Below are positions 7,640-17,896 of a stretch of 64,000 nt of DNA, one piece after another. The stretch lies in NCBI GenBank assembly GCA_048939995.1, contig JBHLOY010000003.1, positions 1 to 64,000 on the forward strand, in the 5' to 3' direction. A program made the position numbers and the translations under genes. Below the pieces are notes generated by a model, which worked only from the letters and a program-made list of their open reading frames with translations, was not told the origin of the DNA and made no database searches. Positions within the stretch are counted from its first letter, which is position 1. Each line of letters opens with the position of its first letter. The DNA is from Promethearchaeota archaeon. GTDB lineage: Archaea > Asgardarchaeota > Lokiarchaeia > Sigyniarchaeales > SOKP01.

Positions 7640-8101
7640 TTACCTTAAATTCTGACGAATAGAGGTAGAACTGATCTTTTTCTTGTTCTTATCTTTTATT
7701 AATGGTATTATAATTAAGATTAAGCGTTCCATGCCCTTTTCTTCTCTTAGATCATTTAATTTAAGCGCGTTTGGATATGTTTCTTCACTTACAATTAAGC
7801 CATCATAATCTGGGCTTTGAGAATATTTGGCCATATCATCCCAGCTTTCAATTTCTACAATATTAACTCTATTTAAATCAGTAAAAGAATCAATAAAATT
7901 CTTTAGATTTTGTTCTCTGGTAGCATAATCCTCAAGTTTTGAATGAGCTTTTTTATTTTTCAACAAATCCTGAGAAGTTAACCCAATTTCTATTCGGTGT
8001 GCTATTTTTAGAGCTGTTTTTATTAAAAATTTGTGACCTTCATGTAAATGATCAAAAGTTCCGCCCAATCCTAGTTTGTTAAATATAGGGGAACACCACA
8101 C
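7640..8101 (-). CDS. coaD: Phosphopantetheine adenylyltransferase (archaeal/eukaryotic type)
   Basis: GGTFDHLHEGHK (HxGH), IVSEET, N..R...G, and KISSTSIR. Confidence 0.9.
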   Translation of the reverse strand: MWCSPIFNKLGLGGTFDHLHEGHKFLIKTALKIAHRIEIGLTSQDLLKNKKAHSKLEDYATREQNLKNFIDSFTDLNRVNIVEIESWDDMAKYSQSPDYDGLIVSEETYPNALKLNDLREEKGMERLILIIIPLIKDKNKKKISSTSIRQNLR

Positions 8102-8120
8102 TTAGTTAAAAATTAGAAAT

Positions 8121-8555
8121 TTATTTTTCAGGTTTATTAATACTTTTCTTCGTTTCTTCTTTTTTAGGAACCACAGCTTTCTTTAATTTTACGCTATAGA
8201 TTTGATTTACTTCCATCGCTTCATTGCAGTCATTACAAGTATCCACTTTTTTGAAAACAAAATCTCCACGTTGATAATTTCTTACTTTCGTAACTCCGCA
8301 CAATTTACACTTTAAAATCGAAAGAGTTTGTCTTATTGGTTCAGAAGGACGTTTTTGAATTTGAATGAGAGTAGAACCCAAACAAATAAATGAAAAACCT
8401 ATAAAGAAGTTAGTAATTTGATTTGCTCCGCTCCCCAAATAGATAAATAAAGCACCAACAATAATCAAAACTACCAATAGTAGATTTTTTAAAACGCTTT
8501 TTAATGATATACCTTTCTTTAAGACTTCTTCCTCTTCATCCTCATCGTCGATCAT
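8121..8555 (-). CDS. Two-TM membrane protein with a C-terminal zinc ribbon
   Basis: Two hydrophobic segments followed by CKLC...RNYQRGDFVFK...CNDC. Confidence 0.7.
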   Translation of the reverse strand: MIDDEDEEEEVLKKGISLKSVLKNLLLVVLIIVGALFIYLGSGANQITNFFIGFSFICLGSTLIQIQKRPSEPIRQTLSILKCKLCGVTKVRNYQRGDFVFKKVDTCNDCNEAMEVNQIYSVKLKKAVVPKKEETKKSINKPEK

Positions 8556-8700
8556 GTATTTGTCTTAAACCGTCTCGTTTCTTTTGAAAGCTATTCTTTA
8601 TAATAGAAAAGAATATAAAACTAAATAAATTTTGTTATTATGAAAACTAAATAGATTAAAATTCTAACAATTGAAAAAATAAAAAGTTCAAAGAATAATT

Positions 8701-9855
8701 ATGATATTGAATTTAATGCAATTTGCTCAAACTCAAATGGATCCACTTAGTTTATTACTTCAGGTGTTGTGGTTTGTGTTGATCTTTATTTCCATTTTTT
8801 ATGGAACTCGAATTCAGGCTTGGAGATCACAAAAAGAAATAGAATCTGGTTTATCTAAGCTTAAAGAATGGGATGATGAATGTAAACAAATTCTACTTTC
8901 TAATTTCAAGAAATTTGCTGATAAAAAAGAAACTGATAAAGATTTAATGCTGAAATTAGAAGATTTCTTGACTTTTATCGCAATTACTCCAGTTTCTCTT
9001 GACCCATTTGGAATTATTCCAAAAATAGATCATGTGATTAATATTAGAGATAATAGATTTGAAGAAGAAGTTAGTGCAATGGCTCCAAATATAATTAAAG
9101 GTTCAGCAGATGCTCAAAATCTTGAAAATCTGTTAGAAGCCGTGATGGCTGTAGACTATATTTATAGACTAGTCAAACACTTTTTAATCTTAGGGAAAAA
9201 ATCAAAATCTTATATCTTATTAGTGCAAATTTCAATGCAGATGAGTTTGATTAAGGCAATGGCAAAATCTTATTATCATGCTGCTAAAGCTTTCTCAGAG
9301 GGTAGCCCAATAGGTGATGCTCTAGGACCACTTGTAGCTGGTAATTTTGTAAGAGATATTGCAGAAAAAGATGATATTCAGGCAGAAGAAATTGCGAAAG
9401 ATACAATTGTGCAGGAAGTTAAGTTTGAAGATAGAATTATTTATGTCGTTCGAGCAAAAGGACCAGGCGGAACTGTAGGAAAACCTGGTACCGCCATCAA
9501 AAAACTCATTGAAGAACATGGAGATGATATCTCTAGAATTATAATGATTGATGCAGGATTAAAACTTTCTGGGGATAAAACTGGTTCAATTGTTATTGGA
9601 GTGGGAGCCGCTATTGGAGGAATAGGTGTAGAAAAATATTACATTGAAGAATCATCAACTAAAAAGGCAATTCCTATTGATGCATTAGTATGTAGAGAAT
9701 CATTAGAAGATGCTATTACGACAATGCGGAGAAGTATCACTCAAAGTGTCCCAAACCTAGTAGAAAAGATTAAAATGGCAATAAGAAAACGTACTGAGAA
9801 AGGAGCAAAAGTTATTGTAGCGGGCATCGGGAATACAATCGGAATAGGAGTTTAA
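8701..9855 (+). CDS. DUF1512 family membrane-anchored protein
   Basis: N-terminal TM helix, PVSLDPFGI, PIGDALGPLVA, KGPGGTVG, IDAGLKL, GAAIGG and GIGNTIGI. Confidence 0.8.
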   Translation: MILNLMQFAQTQMDPLSLLLQVLWFVLIFISIFYGTRIQAWRSQKEIESGLSKLKEWDDECKQILLSNFKKFADKKETDKDLMLKLEDFLTFIAITPVSLDPFGIIPKIDHVINIRDNRFEEEVSAMAPNIIKGSADAQNLENLLEAVMAVDYIYRLVKHFLILGKKSKSYILLVQISMQMSLIKAMAKSYYHAAKAFSEGSPIGDALGPLVAGNFVRDIAEKDDIQAEEIAKDTIVQEVKFEDRIIYVVRAKGPGGTVGKPGTAIKKLIEEHGDDISRIIMIDAGLKLSGDKTGSIVIGVGAAIGGIGVEKYYIEESSTKKAIPIDALVCRESLEDAITTMRRSITQSVPNLVEKIKMAIRKRTEKGAKVIVAGIGNTIGIGV

Positions 9856-9999
9856 TAAATTATCTAAATTTATAAAACATTTAACTAATTTTACAGAATT
9901 GTAAGATTATCTAAACCTAATTTTGACAAGATTAATTTAGAATAAAATATAGAACTTAATATCAATCATCTTAAAATTTTCAATAAAGAGTAGATAATA

Positions 10000-10455
10000 A
10001 TGAAAGTATTTTCAGAAGAATGGGCTGAAGCTTATGTAAAAGCTCTTAATAGTAACGCTAATTATAAAGCCGCAGCTTCTTGGTGGGAAGGAGACTTTAT
10101 CTTTATTATTGAACCAAGTGGAAATTTGGATCACGAAATTAAAATGTTTATAGGATTGTACAAAGGAGATTGCACAGGAGCAAAAACTCTCGATATAGGT
10201 GAAGAATACGATATTTTGCCCCCAAATTCTCCACCCCGACCATTAAAAGAAGGTGAAAAGGTTGGTGCTGAATTTGTGTTTTCAGGTCCTTATGATAATT
10301 GGGTAAAAGTTCTAAAGAAGGAACTAGATCCTATACAAGGGTTAATGGCAGGGAAGTTCAAGTTGGTTGGGAACATGGCGAAAGTGATGCGAGCAACTAA
10401 GGCCGCACAAGAGCTTGTAAATGCTACTACTATGATCGAAACCGAATTTTATTAA
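10000..10455 (+). CDS. SCP2 sterol/lipid-binding domain protein
   Basis: FSEEW...LN..., and W...LDPIQGLMAGKFKLVGNM. Confidence 0.85.
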   Translation: MKVFSEEWAEAYVKALNSNANYKAAASWWEGDFIFIIEPSGNLDHEIKMFIGLYKGDCTGAKTLDIGEEYDILPPNSPPRPLKEGEKVGAEFVFSGPYDNWVKVLKKELDPIQGLMAGKFKLVGNMAKVMRATKAAQELVNATTMIETEFY

Positions 10456-10744
10456 TACCAATTTTTCTCTTTTTTATTTTATTGGATACTTCACACTTTT
10501 AACACTATATCCATTTAGGATTATCTCTACAACGCAGGTTTAAACTGATACATATAGATTATTTTAGGCGATTTTGATATGGATCATTTTATTCAGTATA
10601 CAAATGTTTTGGACAAATAGGAAGAAATCAAATTAATCTTATGTTATATAACCAAGTGATAATAATTGGACTATAATAACATTTAATACCCTAATCAGTT
10701 TTTATATTTAATAACCAATTTAACAAAAAATAATGTGATTAAAA

Positions 10745-11749
10745 ATGGGCTTATCCACAAAAGAATATTATGTAAAAGATTTGATCATAGATGATGAATA
10801 CGGAACTATAAGCAGTAAAGCGACAATTAATGAAGCTGCAAAAAAGATGAAAGAATTGGGGATACCAGACCTAGTTGTAGTGGAAGAAGGGAGTGAAAAT
10901 GTGTTGGGAGTAATAGGTGATTTTGATATCGTTCAAGATGTTATAGCAGAAGGATTAGATCCAAAAACAGCTAATGTAATTACAGCAATGTATAAAATCA
11001 CTCCTGTATCCTTGAACACTCCTGTCGTAGAAGCATTTACTAGGATGCGAGATTTACAAGCGAATGTTGTCCCTGTTGTTGAAAAAGGTAAGCTTTTAGG
11101 GGTTTGTTCCATCCAAGATTGTTGGAGCTTTATTCCCGATGAGAATGTTGATGAAATTGGATTTTTCCAAGTTAACAATACACGGATGGCAGAATTTTTG
11201 CTTACAGCGGTATGTTCTATATTGGCTGTTCTACTTGGGATTGTTCTACCTTTTGGTGGAGCATATGGATTTTTTATGGGAAACCAGACTGATTTATCTA
11301 GTTTATTTGGAATTGTATTTCTTACCGATGGAAAAGTAACATTTCAATTGTTTGAAGCAAGAGGAATTAATTATTTTGTCACCTATCTTGATATCTTTTC
11401 ATTAAATGGAGCGATTTGGATTGCAATAATGGTATTCAGTGTTCTAATACTGATCTTTGGATTAATAAGTTTATTCTCCTTAATTTATACTAGCTATACT
11501 GGGAAGAAGTATACTCTTACAGAATTCCTATTACGAAATGTCTTTCCAATATTCCTTATCGTCTTCATGATAATTGAATGGATATTGTTTGGAAGTGCTT
11601 TCTTACTCTCTGGATTATCTACTGTTGTCGTAATTGATCCATTAGGGTTAACGATGTCCATAATTTCAATGGTCTTAATAATCGCAGCAATAAATCATGA
11701 CCGATTTTTCAGACAGAAAGGAGTAGCTAAAAACAGAGAGGTGAAATAA
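10745..11749 (+). CDS. CBS-pair protein with a C-terminal multi-TM domain
   Basis: CBS repeats (TINEAAKKM...LVVV...VLGVI; VPVVEKGKLLGV) followed by about 4 TM segments. Confidence 0.8.
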   Translation: MGLSTKEYYVKDLIIDDEYGTISSKATINEAAKKMKELGIPDLVVVEEGSENVLGVIGDFDIVQDVIAEGLDPKTANVITAMYKITPVSLNTPVVEAFTRMRDLQANVVPVVEKGKLLGVCSIQDCWSFIPDENVDEIGFFQVNNTRMAEFLLTAVCSILAVLLGIVLPFGGAYGFFMGNQTDLSSLFGIVFLTDGKVTFQLFEARGINYFVTYLDIFSLNGAIWIAIMVFSVLILIFGLISLFSLIYTSYTGKKYTLTEFLLRNVFPIFLIVFMIIEWILFGSAFLLSGLSTVVVIDPLGLTMSIISMVLIIAAINHDRFFRQKGVAKNREVK

Positions 11750-11754
11750 TAAAG

Positions 11755-13227
11755 ATGCCTCGTGGTGGAGGATTTAGAGGCGGCGGTGGTTTCAGAGGAG
11801 GTGGTTTTAGAGGAGGTGGATTTGGTGGTGGTTTCAGAGGAGGCGGTTTTAGAGGTGGTCCTGCAAGTTTCCGTGGAGGTCATAGATCAAGTGGGGTACC
11901 TTTTGGAAGAACTGGAGCTTCACGAGTAGTTTCACGCCCTCCACGTGGTCCATACAGACATGGATATTATTATCCTCATCGACATTATTATTGGTGGGGA
12001 TATAGACCTTGGTACTGGCGGTGGTGGTACTCTCCATGGTGGTCAGGGTATTGGTATCGACCATGGTATTATAGTCCAGCATATATCGGGGGTGGGATTT
12101 TCTTTGTCATCATTCTTGGCTTAGTTCTACTCCCTCTATTCGGCGTTGGATTATGGTTTCCTTTTACTGATGCTAACTCGTCTGGATCTGTCAATTATCG
12201 TTCTACTGAAACACTTTATTATAATGAATATTGGTATGAATACGAATATATTGATATTGGGAATCCTATTACCTATTCAGTTGATTCATTAAATAGCTTA
12301 ATTACATTTGCGATATGGGATCAACCCTTTGAAAATCTGCCCAAAACAACTATAGTAGGTAGTAATCCTCTTGACTCATTTAATCTGATCTATAACGAAT
12401 ATCAATATTTTTGGCTTTTCTTAAATCCGGGATCATCTATTAGTTATGACTTCACTGCAAACAGTTCTGTTGATTTCTTTATAGCAGATGCTTATCAACT
12501 ATACCAATGGAATCAAGGAGGAAGTCCCAGTTTTTATGAAGAGGAATTGAATACTGTTGGTGCCTCCGGATCTTTGCCAATTACTCAAGCAAATGATTAT
12601 TACTTAGTATGGTATAACGACCTATCAGGAACTGTTAATGTTAATTATACAGTTAGTTATAATGCTGCAAATGTAATTGATTTTTCTAGTGCTTATGCAG
12701 TACAAGAAGCCGTTTATGGTGCAAGTGGAACATTTAACGTTCTTAATTCTGGTGATTGGTACTTTTTCATATATTTTGATCCATTTAATTCACCAGAAGA
12801 ATCAACAACTATTACTTTTGATGTAACTTATGATACAGGCGTGACTTATGCTGATAGATGGACAAATATTTCATGGATACTAATTGTAGTACTAGTTATA
12901 ATTGTCATTATCATCATTGTTGCTTTTGCTGCAAGGAGGGGTCAAAAAACTCAGAGTTTAAAAGCAAAAAAAGAAGAAAAGCCAGAGATTACTAAGGAAA
13001 CTAAGCCAACTACTAAAGCTGAAATGGAAAAATGTCCTCGTTGCGGGTTTAATGTCCGGAAAGATGCTAATTTTTGTCCAAAATGTGGAAATAAAGTAGA
13101 AGGTAGAAGTATTGGGACTTCAGAAATAACTACTCCTGCTAAAGCTAAAATTTGTTCTTTCTGTGGTAGTAAACTCTCAGAAAAAGACAAATTCTGTATC
13201 TGGTGCGGAACACCCATTGAAAAATAA
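11755..13227 (+). CDS. Membrane protein: RGG/FRGG low-complexity N-terminus, TM, beta-rich ectodomain, TM, double zinc ribbon
   Basis: (F)RGGG repeats, a YYWW/RPW-rich segment, two TM helices, and CPRC/CPKC plus CSFC/CIWC. GAGGTGA SD upstream. Confidence 0.8.
   Translation: MPRGGGFRGGGGFRGGGFRGGGFGGGFRGGGFRGGPASFRGGHRSSGVPFGRTGASRVVSRPPRGPYRHGYYYPHRHYYWWGYRPWYWRWWYSPWWSGYWYRPWYYSPAYIGGGIFFVIILGLVLLPLFGVGLWFPFTDANSSGSVNYRSTETLYYNEYWYEYEYIDIGNPITYSVDSLNSLITFAIWDQPFENLPKTTIVGSNPLDSFNLIYNEYQYFWLFLNPGSSISYDFTANSSVDFFIADAYQLYQWNQGGSPSFYEEELNTVGASGSLPITQANDYYLVWYNDLSGTVNVNYTVSYNAANVIDFSSAYAVQEAVYGASGTFNVLNSGDWYFFIYFDPFNSPEESTTITFDVTYDTGVTYADRWTNISWILIVVLVIIVIIIIVAFAARRGQKTQSLKAKKEEKPEITKETKPTTKAEMEKCPRCGFNVRKDANFCPKCGNKVEGRSIGTSEITTPAKAKICSFCGSKLSEKDKFCIWCGTPIEK
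11761..11880 (+). repeat. Coding low-complexity repeat (F-R-G-G-G)n
   Basis: cgtggtggaggatttagaggcggcggtggtttcagaggaggt...; synonymous codons vary, so the repeat is maintained at protein level. Confidence 0.85.
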
Positions 13228-13316
13228 GTAACTTAAGTAAAAATATAATAATTTTCAAACTTTTTTTTCTAATATTTGGAATCTTAAGAAAATAAGATAA
13301 TCCTAAGATAATTAAA

Positions 13317-14015
13317 ATGCTGTTAGAATTTCTAAGCTTATATATACGTGCCAAATTTGAGAAAATAGTAACAAATAGCATTTTATTAATAATTTTATTT
13401 TTCTGGTTTATCCCATTTGAAATTTTAGTAAACTTGGAGTGGTATTTGTATCTGACTTTTTCCATCTTAGTCGTATTATTCTTATATTTACTAATTATCA
13501 GGCGAATTAGAAGAACTTGTATTGTACTTGACTCAAAACTAAATCGGGAAATCTTTTTAAAACAATCTGAATTAGAACCTTTAAATAAAGGAATACTAGT
13601 AAAAAATTATAAAAGGTGGCTCATAAAAGATGCAAAAGCGCGTAATCTAAATATTAATTTTAAGCCAAAAGCCAAATATTATAGTACAACATGCTGCTAT
13701 TATTGTTGTTATTGTACAATTCCAATGGCATTAATCTTTGGAACATTTTCTCTTGTTTATTCCCCCCAATTTGCCCGCTGGGTTATTACACCATCTATTA
13801 TTATCTTAGCTATTATAGTTTTTTTTCTCATGGACAGATCTTCTAATAAAGAAATATATAAAAAATTGAATTCTGAAATGAAACAAATATTATTTGAAGA
13901 AGAAACTTCTTATAAACCTCTAAAGAAAGGTAGAATGACGTTTAAATATAAAGCCTGGTTAATTGAAAATCAGGTAAAGGAAGATAATTTTTACTTTGAA
14001 ATGTATGAAAAATGA
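13317..14015 (+). CDS. Hypothetical 4-TM protein with an internal duplication and a CCYYCCYC motif (start uncertain)
   Basis: Two TM pairs, each followed by LNxE...PLxKG...YKxWLI. Confidence 0.6.
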   Translation: MLLEFLSLYIRAKFEKIVTNSILLIILFFWFIPFEILVNLEWYLYLTFSILVVLFLYLLIIRRIRRTCIVLDSKLNREIFLKQSELEPLNKGILVKNYKRWLIKDAKARNLNINFKPKAKYYSTTCCYYCCYCTIPMALIFGTFSLVYSPQFARWVITPSIIILAIIVFFLMDRSSNKEIYKKLNSEMKQILFEEETSYKPLKKGRMTFKYKAWLIENQVKEDNFYFEMYEK

Positions 14016-14112
14016 TTTCTCAAAAATTTTTTGCATTTTCATATCTAATTTTGAATAGGTTTATTAGATCAACTTAATTGAATAATTTATAAAAGCCCTA
14101 TTATTAGTACTT

Positions 14113-14931
14113 ATGTTCGATTATAGTCAAGATTTTTCTGACGTAGTAAAAGATGCCAAAGTTTTTTTCTTTGATTTGGATGGTACTGTTTACTTAGGCG
14201 ATAACCTTTTTGACGGTGTTATTGACTTAATCAGATTATTAGAGAAAAAAAATAAGTTCTTCTTTTTTCTTTCAAATAATTCAAGCAAATCAACTATGGA
14301 TTATCTAAAGAAATTAAATAACATGAACCTAAATATTACACGGGAGAACATCATTTTATCGCAACATCCCACTTTAGATTATCTTAAAAAAAATGATTTT
14401 GAAAAGATCTTTTTATTGGGTACTGAATCTCTTAAGAAAGAATTTCTAAGTGAGGGTTTTATTCTAACAGAGCAGGATCCTGAGATCTTAGTGCTTGCCT
14501 TTGATCAAGATTTAACTTATGAGCGTTTAGCTCGTGCTTCTTATCTTCTCCAAAATGGTATTCCATATATAGCAACACATCTAGATGATAAATGTCCAAC
14601 AGAAGAAGGATATATTCCTGACGCAGGAGGTATTGCTGCATTATTATTTAAAGCCACTGGGAGGATGCCTAGAGTCTTTGGAAAACCAAATAAGGAAATG
14701 CTTTTATTTAAACTCCAAGAATTAGAAATCCATCCTCAAGATGCTATTATGTTTGGAGATAGATTATATACAGATATTAAAATGGGATTAGAGGCGGGAG
14801 TAGTCACTTGTTGTGTATTATCTGGAGAAATCTCTATGGAAATGATTGAGGAAAATAATGATTATAAACCAGATTTTGTTATTGATGGAATCTGGGAACT
14901 TTTTAAAATTTTAAACTACAATGAAGAATAA
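14113..14931 (+). CDS. HAD-IIA (NagD-like) phosphatase
   Basis: DLDGT, LSNNS, GKP and GDRLYTDI. Confidence 0.92.
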   Translation: MFDYSQDFSDVVKDAKVFFFDLDGTVYLGDNLFDGVIDLIRLLEKKNKFFFFLSNNSSKSTMDYLKKLNNMNLNITRENIILSQHPTLDYLKKNDFEKIFLLGTESLKKEFLSEGFILTEQDPEILVLAFDQDLTYERLARASYLLQNGIPYIATHLDDKCPTEEGYIPDAGGIAALLFKATGRMPRVFGKPNKEMLLFKLQELEIHPQDAIMFGDRLYTDIKMGLEAGVVTCCVLSGEISMEMIEENNDYKPDFVIDGIWELFKILNYNEE

Positions 14932-15087
14932 GATTAAGATTAAAATCTTATAAAGCAAAATTTTATTTCAGAAAATATATTTATAAACTTTAGAATTTTA
15001 AAATCTAAATCACTTGACCAAATATGATTTAGTTTTTATTTTTTTGATTATATGAATTGAGCATTATTATGACGTAGGAAAAATGAA

Positions 15088-17784
15088 ATGACAACAACTG
15101 AAACTAATAAATATGTGTATAACTTTACTGAAGGAAAGAAAGAACTAAAAAACTTACTAGGTGGTAAAGGCGCAAATCTAGGGGAAATGACTAATTTAGG
15201 ATTAAATATCCCACCAGGATTCACAATTACAACTGAAGCTTGTTTACTATATTTTCAAAATCCTAAAAAAATAATGACAGATATTGAACCTCTTGTAATT
15301 GAGAAATTAAAGGAACTAGAGAAAATTACCGGTAAGAAATTCGGAGACAAACATAATCCTTTATTAGTAAGCGTTCGGAGTGGAGCTCCAATGAGTATGC
15401 CAGGCATGATGGACACAGTTTTAAATCTTGGACTAAATGATGAGTCTGTTAAGGGAATGGCTGAGCAAACTGAAAATCCTAGATTTGCTTATGATTCTTG
15501 GAGACGTTTTATACAGATGTTCGGAGATGTTTGTATGGGAATAGGCGATGAGAAATTCGAGAGAATTCTGGATAAATCCAAACGTGATATTTCAAGAAGT
15601 GCCCAAGATACAGATCTATCTGTTGCAGACCTTCAGAAAGTAATAGCAGATTATAAAGCGCTATATGAGAAAGAAATTGGTACCCCATTTCCACAAGATC
15701 CATATAAACAGTTATTCATTGCAATTGAAGCTGTATTTAAGTCATGGAATAATAAAAGAGCAGTTATATATAGAAAGCTTAATGATATTCCTGATTTTGG
15801 GACAGCGGTAAACATTCAAACAATGGTTTTTGGAAATAAAGGTTGGGATTCTGCAACTGGCGTAGCATTTACGCGAGATCCATCAACTGGAGAAAATAGG
15901 AAATTTGGTGAGTACTTATCAAATGCTCAAGGTGAGGATGTAGTTGCCGGTATTCGTACTCCAAAAATGCTAGAAGAGATGAAAAAAGAATTCCCAAAAA
16001 TTTATAAACAATTACTAAATACGATGGATAAGTTAGAAAAGCATTATAGGGACATGCAAGACATAGAATTTACAATTGAAGACGGAACCCTATTTATTCT
16101 TCAGACAAGGAATGGTAAGCGCACCCCTTCAGCAGCAGTTAAAATAGCTGTCGATATGGTAAAAGAAGGCTTAATCTCCAAAGAAGAAGCAATTATGAGT
16201 TTAGATCCAAATAAAATTTCAAAATTATTATTCAAAAGTATTGATGAGCATGCTGTAGTCCACGTTTATGCGACAGGTATTAATGCATCTCCAGGAGCAG
16301 TATCAGGTAAAGCAATCTTTGACCCTGATAAAGCAGAGGCAATGGCGAATGCGGGAGAAAAAGAAATTATTTTGGTCAGACCTCAAACTAAGCCCGATGA
16401 CGTGCATGGATTATTTGCCTCGAGCGGTGTTCTTACCCAGTTTGGGGGCAAAACATCTCACGCAGCAGTTGTGGCAAGAGGGATGGGCAAACCGGCAGTT
16501 GTTGGTGCCCAAGATATTGAAATTGATGAAGAAAAAAGAGAATTCAGAGTTGGAGAAACCATTGTTCAAGAGGGAGATTATATAACTATTGATGGTACAA
16601 CTGGACGTGTAATTGGGGGAAAAGTTCCATTAGTAGAGCCAGAAATAAAAGGTGAATTCTTAGAATTATTAGAAATGGCTGATAAAATAAGAACTATTGG
16701 AGTAAGAGCAAATGCAGATACCCCTACAGATGCTAGAAAAGCCATAGAATTTGGCGCAGAAGGTATTGGATTAACTAGAACCGAACATATGTTCTTAAAT
16801 CAAGATAGACTTCCAGTAGTTCAAACTATGATTATAGCTCGCACAAAAGAGGAGCGTCAAGATGCGTTAAATAAAATATTACCTATGCAGAAAGGAGATT
16901 TTTATGAAATTTTTAAAATCATGGAAGGAAAACCTGTGACAATAAGGCTATTAGATCCTCCACTACACGAATTTCTACCTGATTTAACTACTGTCATGCT
17001 TGAATATCAAGAATTAAAGATGACGAATGAATTATCAAAATCTCTTCTTAATAATAGTCCTTTAGACGATGAAATTAAGAAAAAGAACAAAGTTATTTCC
17101 TTAATTAGATCGCTTTCTGAAGAAAATCCAATGATGGGCCTTCGGGGCTGTCGTTTAGGAATTGTATGGCCAGAGATTAACGAGATGCAAGTGAGAGCAA
17201 TTTTTGAAGCAGCATGTGAACTTAAACAGAAGGGAGTTGAAGTTATCCCCGAAGTTATGATTCCCTTGATAGGAATGCTTTCTGAATTGCAGTTAGTAAA
17301 ATCTCAATTATTAGAGATTGCTGAAGAGACCATAAAAGAATACGGTGTAAATTTAGATTATAAATTCGGTACAATGATTGAAATTCCACGAGCAGCTTTA
17401 ACTGCTGACGAAATTGCCATGGAGGCCGAGTTTTTTTCATTTGGAACAAATGATTTAACCCAGATGACCTATGGGTTTAGTAGGGATGATGCTGAAGGTA
17501 AATTCTTACCTATTTACCTAAATAAGGAAATCTTAGAATCAAATCCATTTGAAACCTTAGATCAAGATGGTGTAGGAAAACTAATGAAGATGGCTATAGA
17601 ACAAGGAAGAAAGACTAGAAAAGATTTAAAATGTGGTATCTGTGGAGAGCATGGAGGTGAACCAAAATCTATTAAATTTGCAAATTCTATTGGTATAGAT
17701 TATGTTTCCTGTTCTCCATTTAGAATTCCTGTGGCTCGATTAGCAGCTGCCCAAGCTGCCATTGAACAAAAAAAGGGTAAATAA
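15088..17784 (+). CDS. ppdK: Pyruvate, phosphate dikinase
   Basis: LLGGKGANL, SVRSGA, SMPGMMDT, TSHAAVVARG (phospho-His), GTNDLTQ and GICGEHGG. Confidence 0.98.
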   Translation: MTTTETNKYVYNFTEGKKELKNLLGGKGANLGEMTNLGLNIPPGFTITTEACLLYFQNPKKIMTDIEPLVIEKLKELEKITGKKFGDKHNPLLVSVRSGAPMSMPGMMDTVLNLGLNDESVKGMAEQTENPRFAYDSWRRFIQMFGDVCMGIGDEKFERILDKSKRDISRSAQDTDLSVADLQKVIADYKALYEKEIGTPFPQDPYKQLFIAIEAVFKSWNNKRAVIYRKLNDIPDFGTAVNIQTMVFGNKGWDSATGVAFTRDPSTGENRKFGEYLSNAQGEDVVAGIRTPKMLEEMKKEFPKIYKQLLNTMDKLEKHYRDMQDIEFTIEDGTLFILQTRNGKRTPSAAVKIAVDMVKEGLISKEEAIMSLDPNKISKLLFKSIDEHAVVHVYATGINASPGAVSGKAIFDPDKAEAMANAGEKEIILVRPQTKPDDVHGLFASSGVLTQFGGKTSHAAVVARGMGKPAVVGAQDIEIDEEKREFRVGETIVQEGDYITIDGTTGRVIGGKVPLVEPEIKGEFLELLEMADKIRTIGVRANADTPTDARKAIEFGAEGIGLTRTEHMFLNQDRLPVVQTMIIARTKEERQDALNKILPMQKGDFYEIFKIMEGKPVTIRLLDPPLHEFLPDLTTVMLEYQELKMTNELSKSLLNNSPLDDEIKKKNKVISLIRSLSEENPMMGLRGCRLGIVWPEINEMQVRAIFEAACELKQKGVEVIPEVMIPLIGMLSELQLVKSQLLEIAEETIKEYGVNLDYKFGTMIEIPRAALTADEIAMEAEFFSFGTNDLTQMTYGFSRDDAEGKFLPIYLNKEILESNPFETLDQDGVGKLMKMAIEQGRKTRKDLKCGICGEHGGEPKSIKFANSIGIDYVSCSPFRIPVARLAAAQAAIEQKKGK

Positions 17785-17896
17785 AATAAAAAAATTTTTT
17801 ATAAAATTCTTATTCTTCTTATAAAACTAATAGATTCATAAAGATTATATCATAAAATTTATTTATTATTTTAAAAATAACTTATTGGTTGGAATT

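Noticed and set aside
10456-10744. 289-nt intergenic region as an sRNA or small ORF
   Set aside because: Only very short ORFs, no convincing stem, and no properly ordered C/D box pair.
17785-17896. Analogous amino-acid-rich leader peptides before tyrS (also checked before hutU and the aspartate kinase)
   Set aside because: These gaps are short and AT-rich, with no start-to-stop uORF enriched in the cognate codons and no stems.
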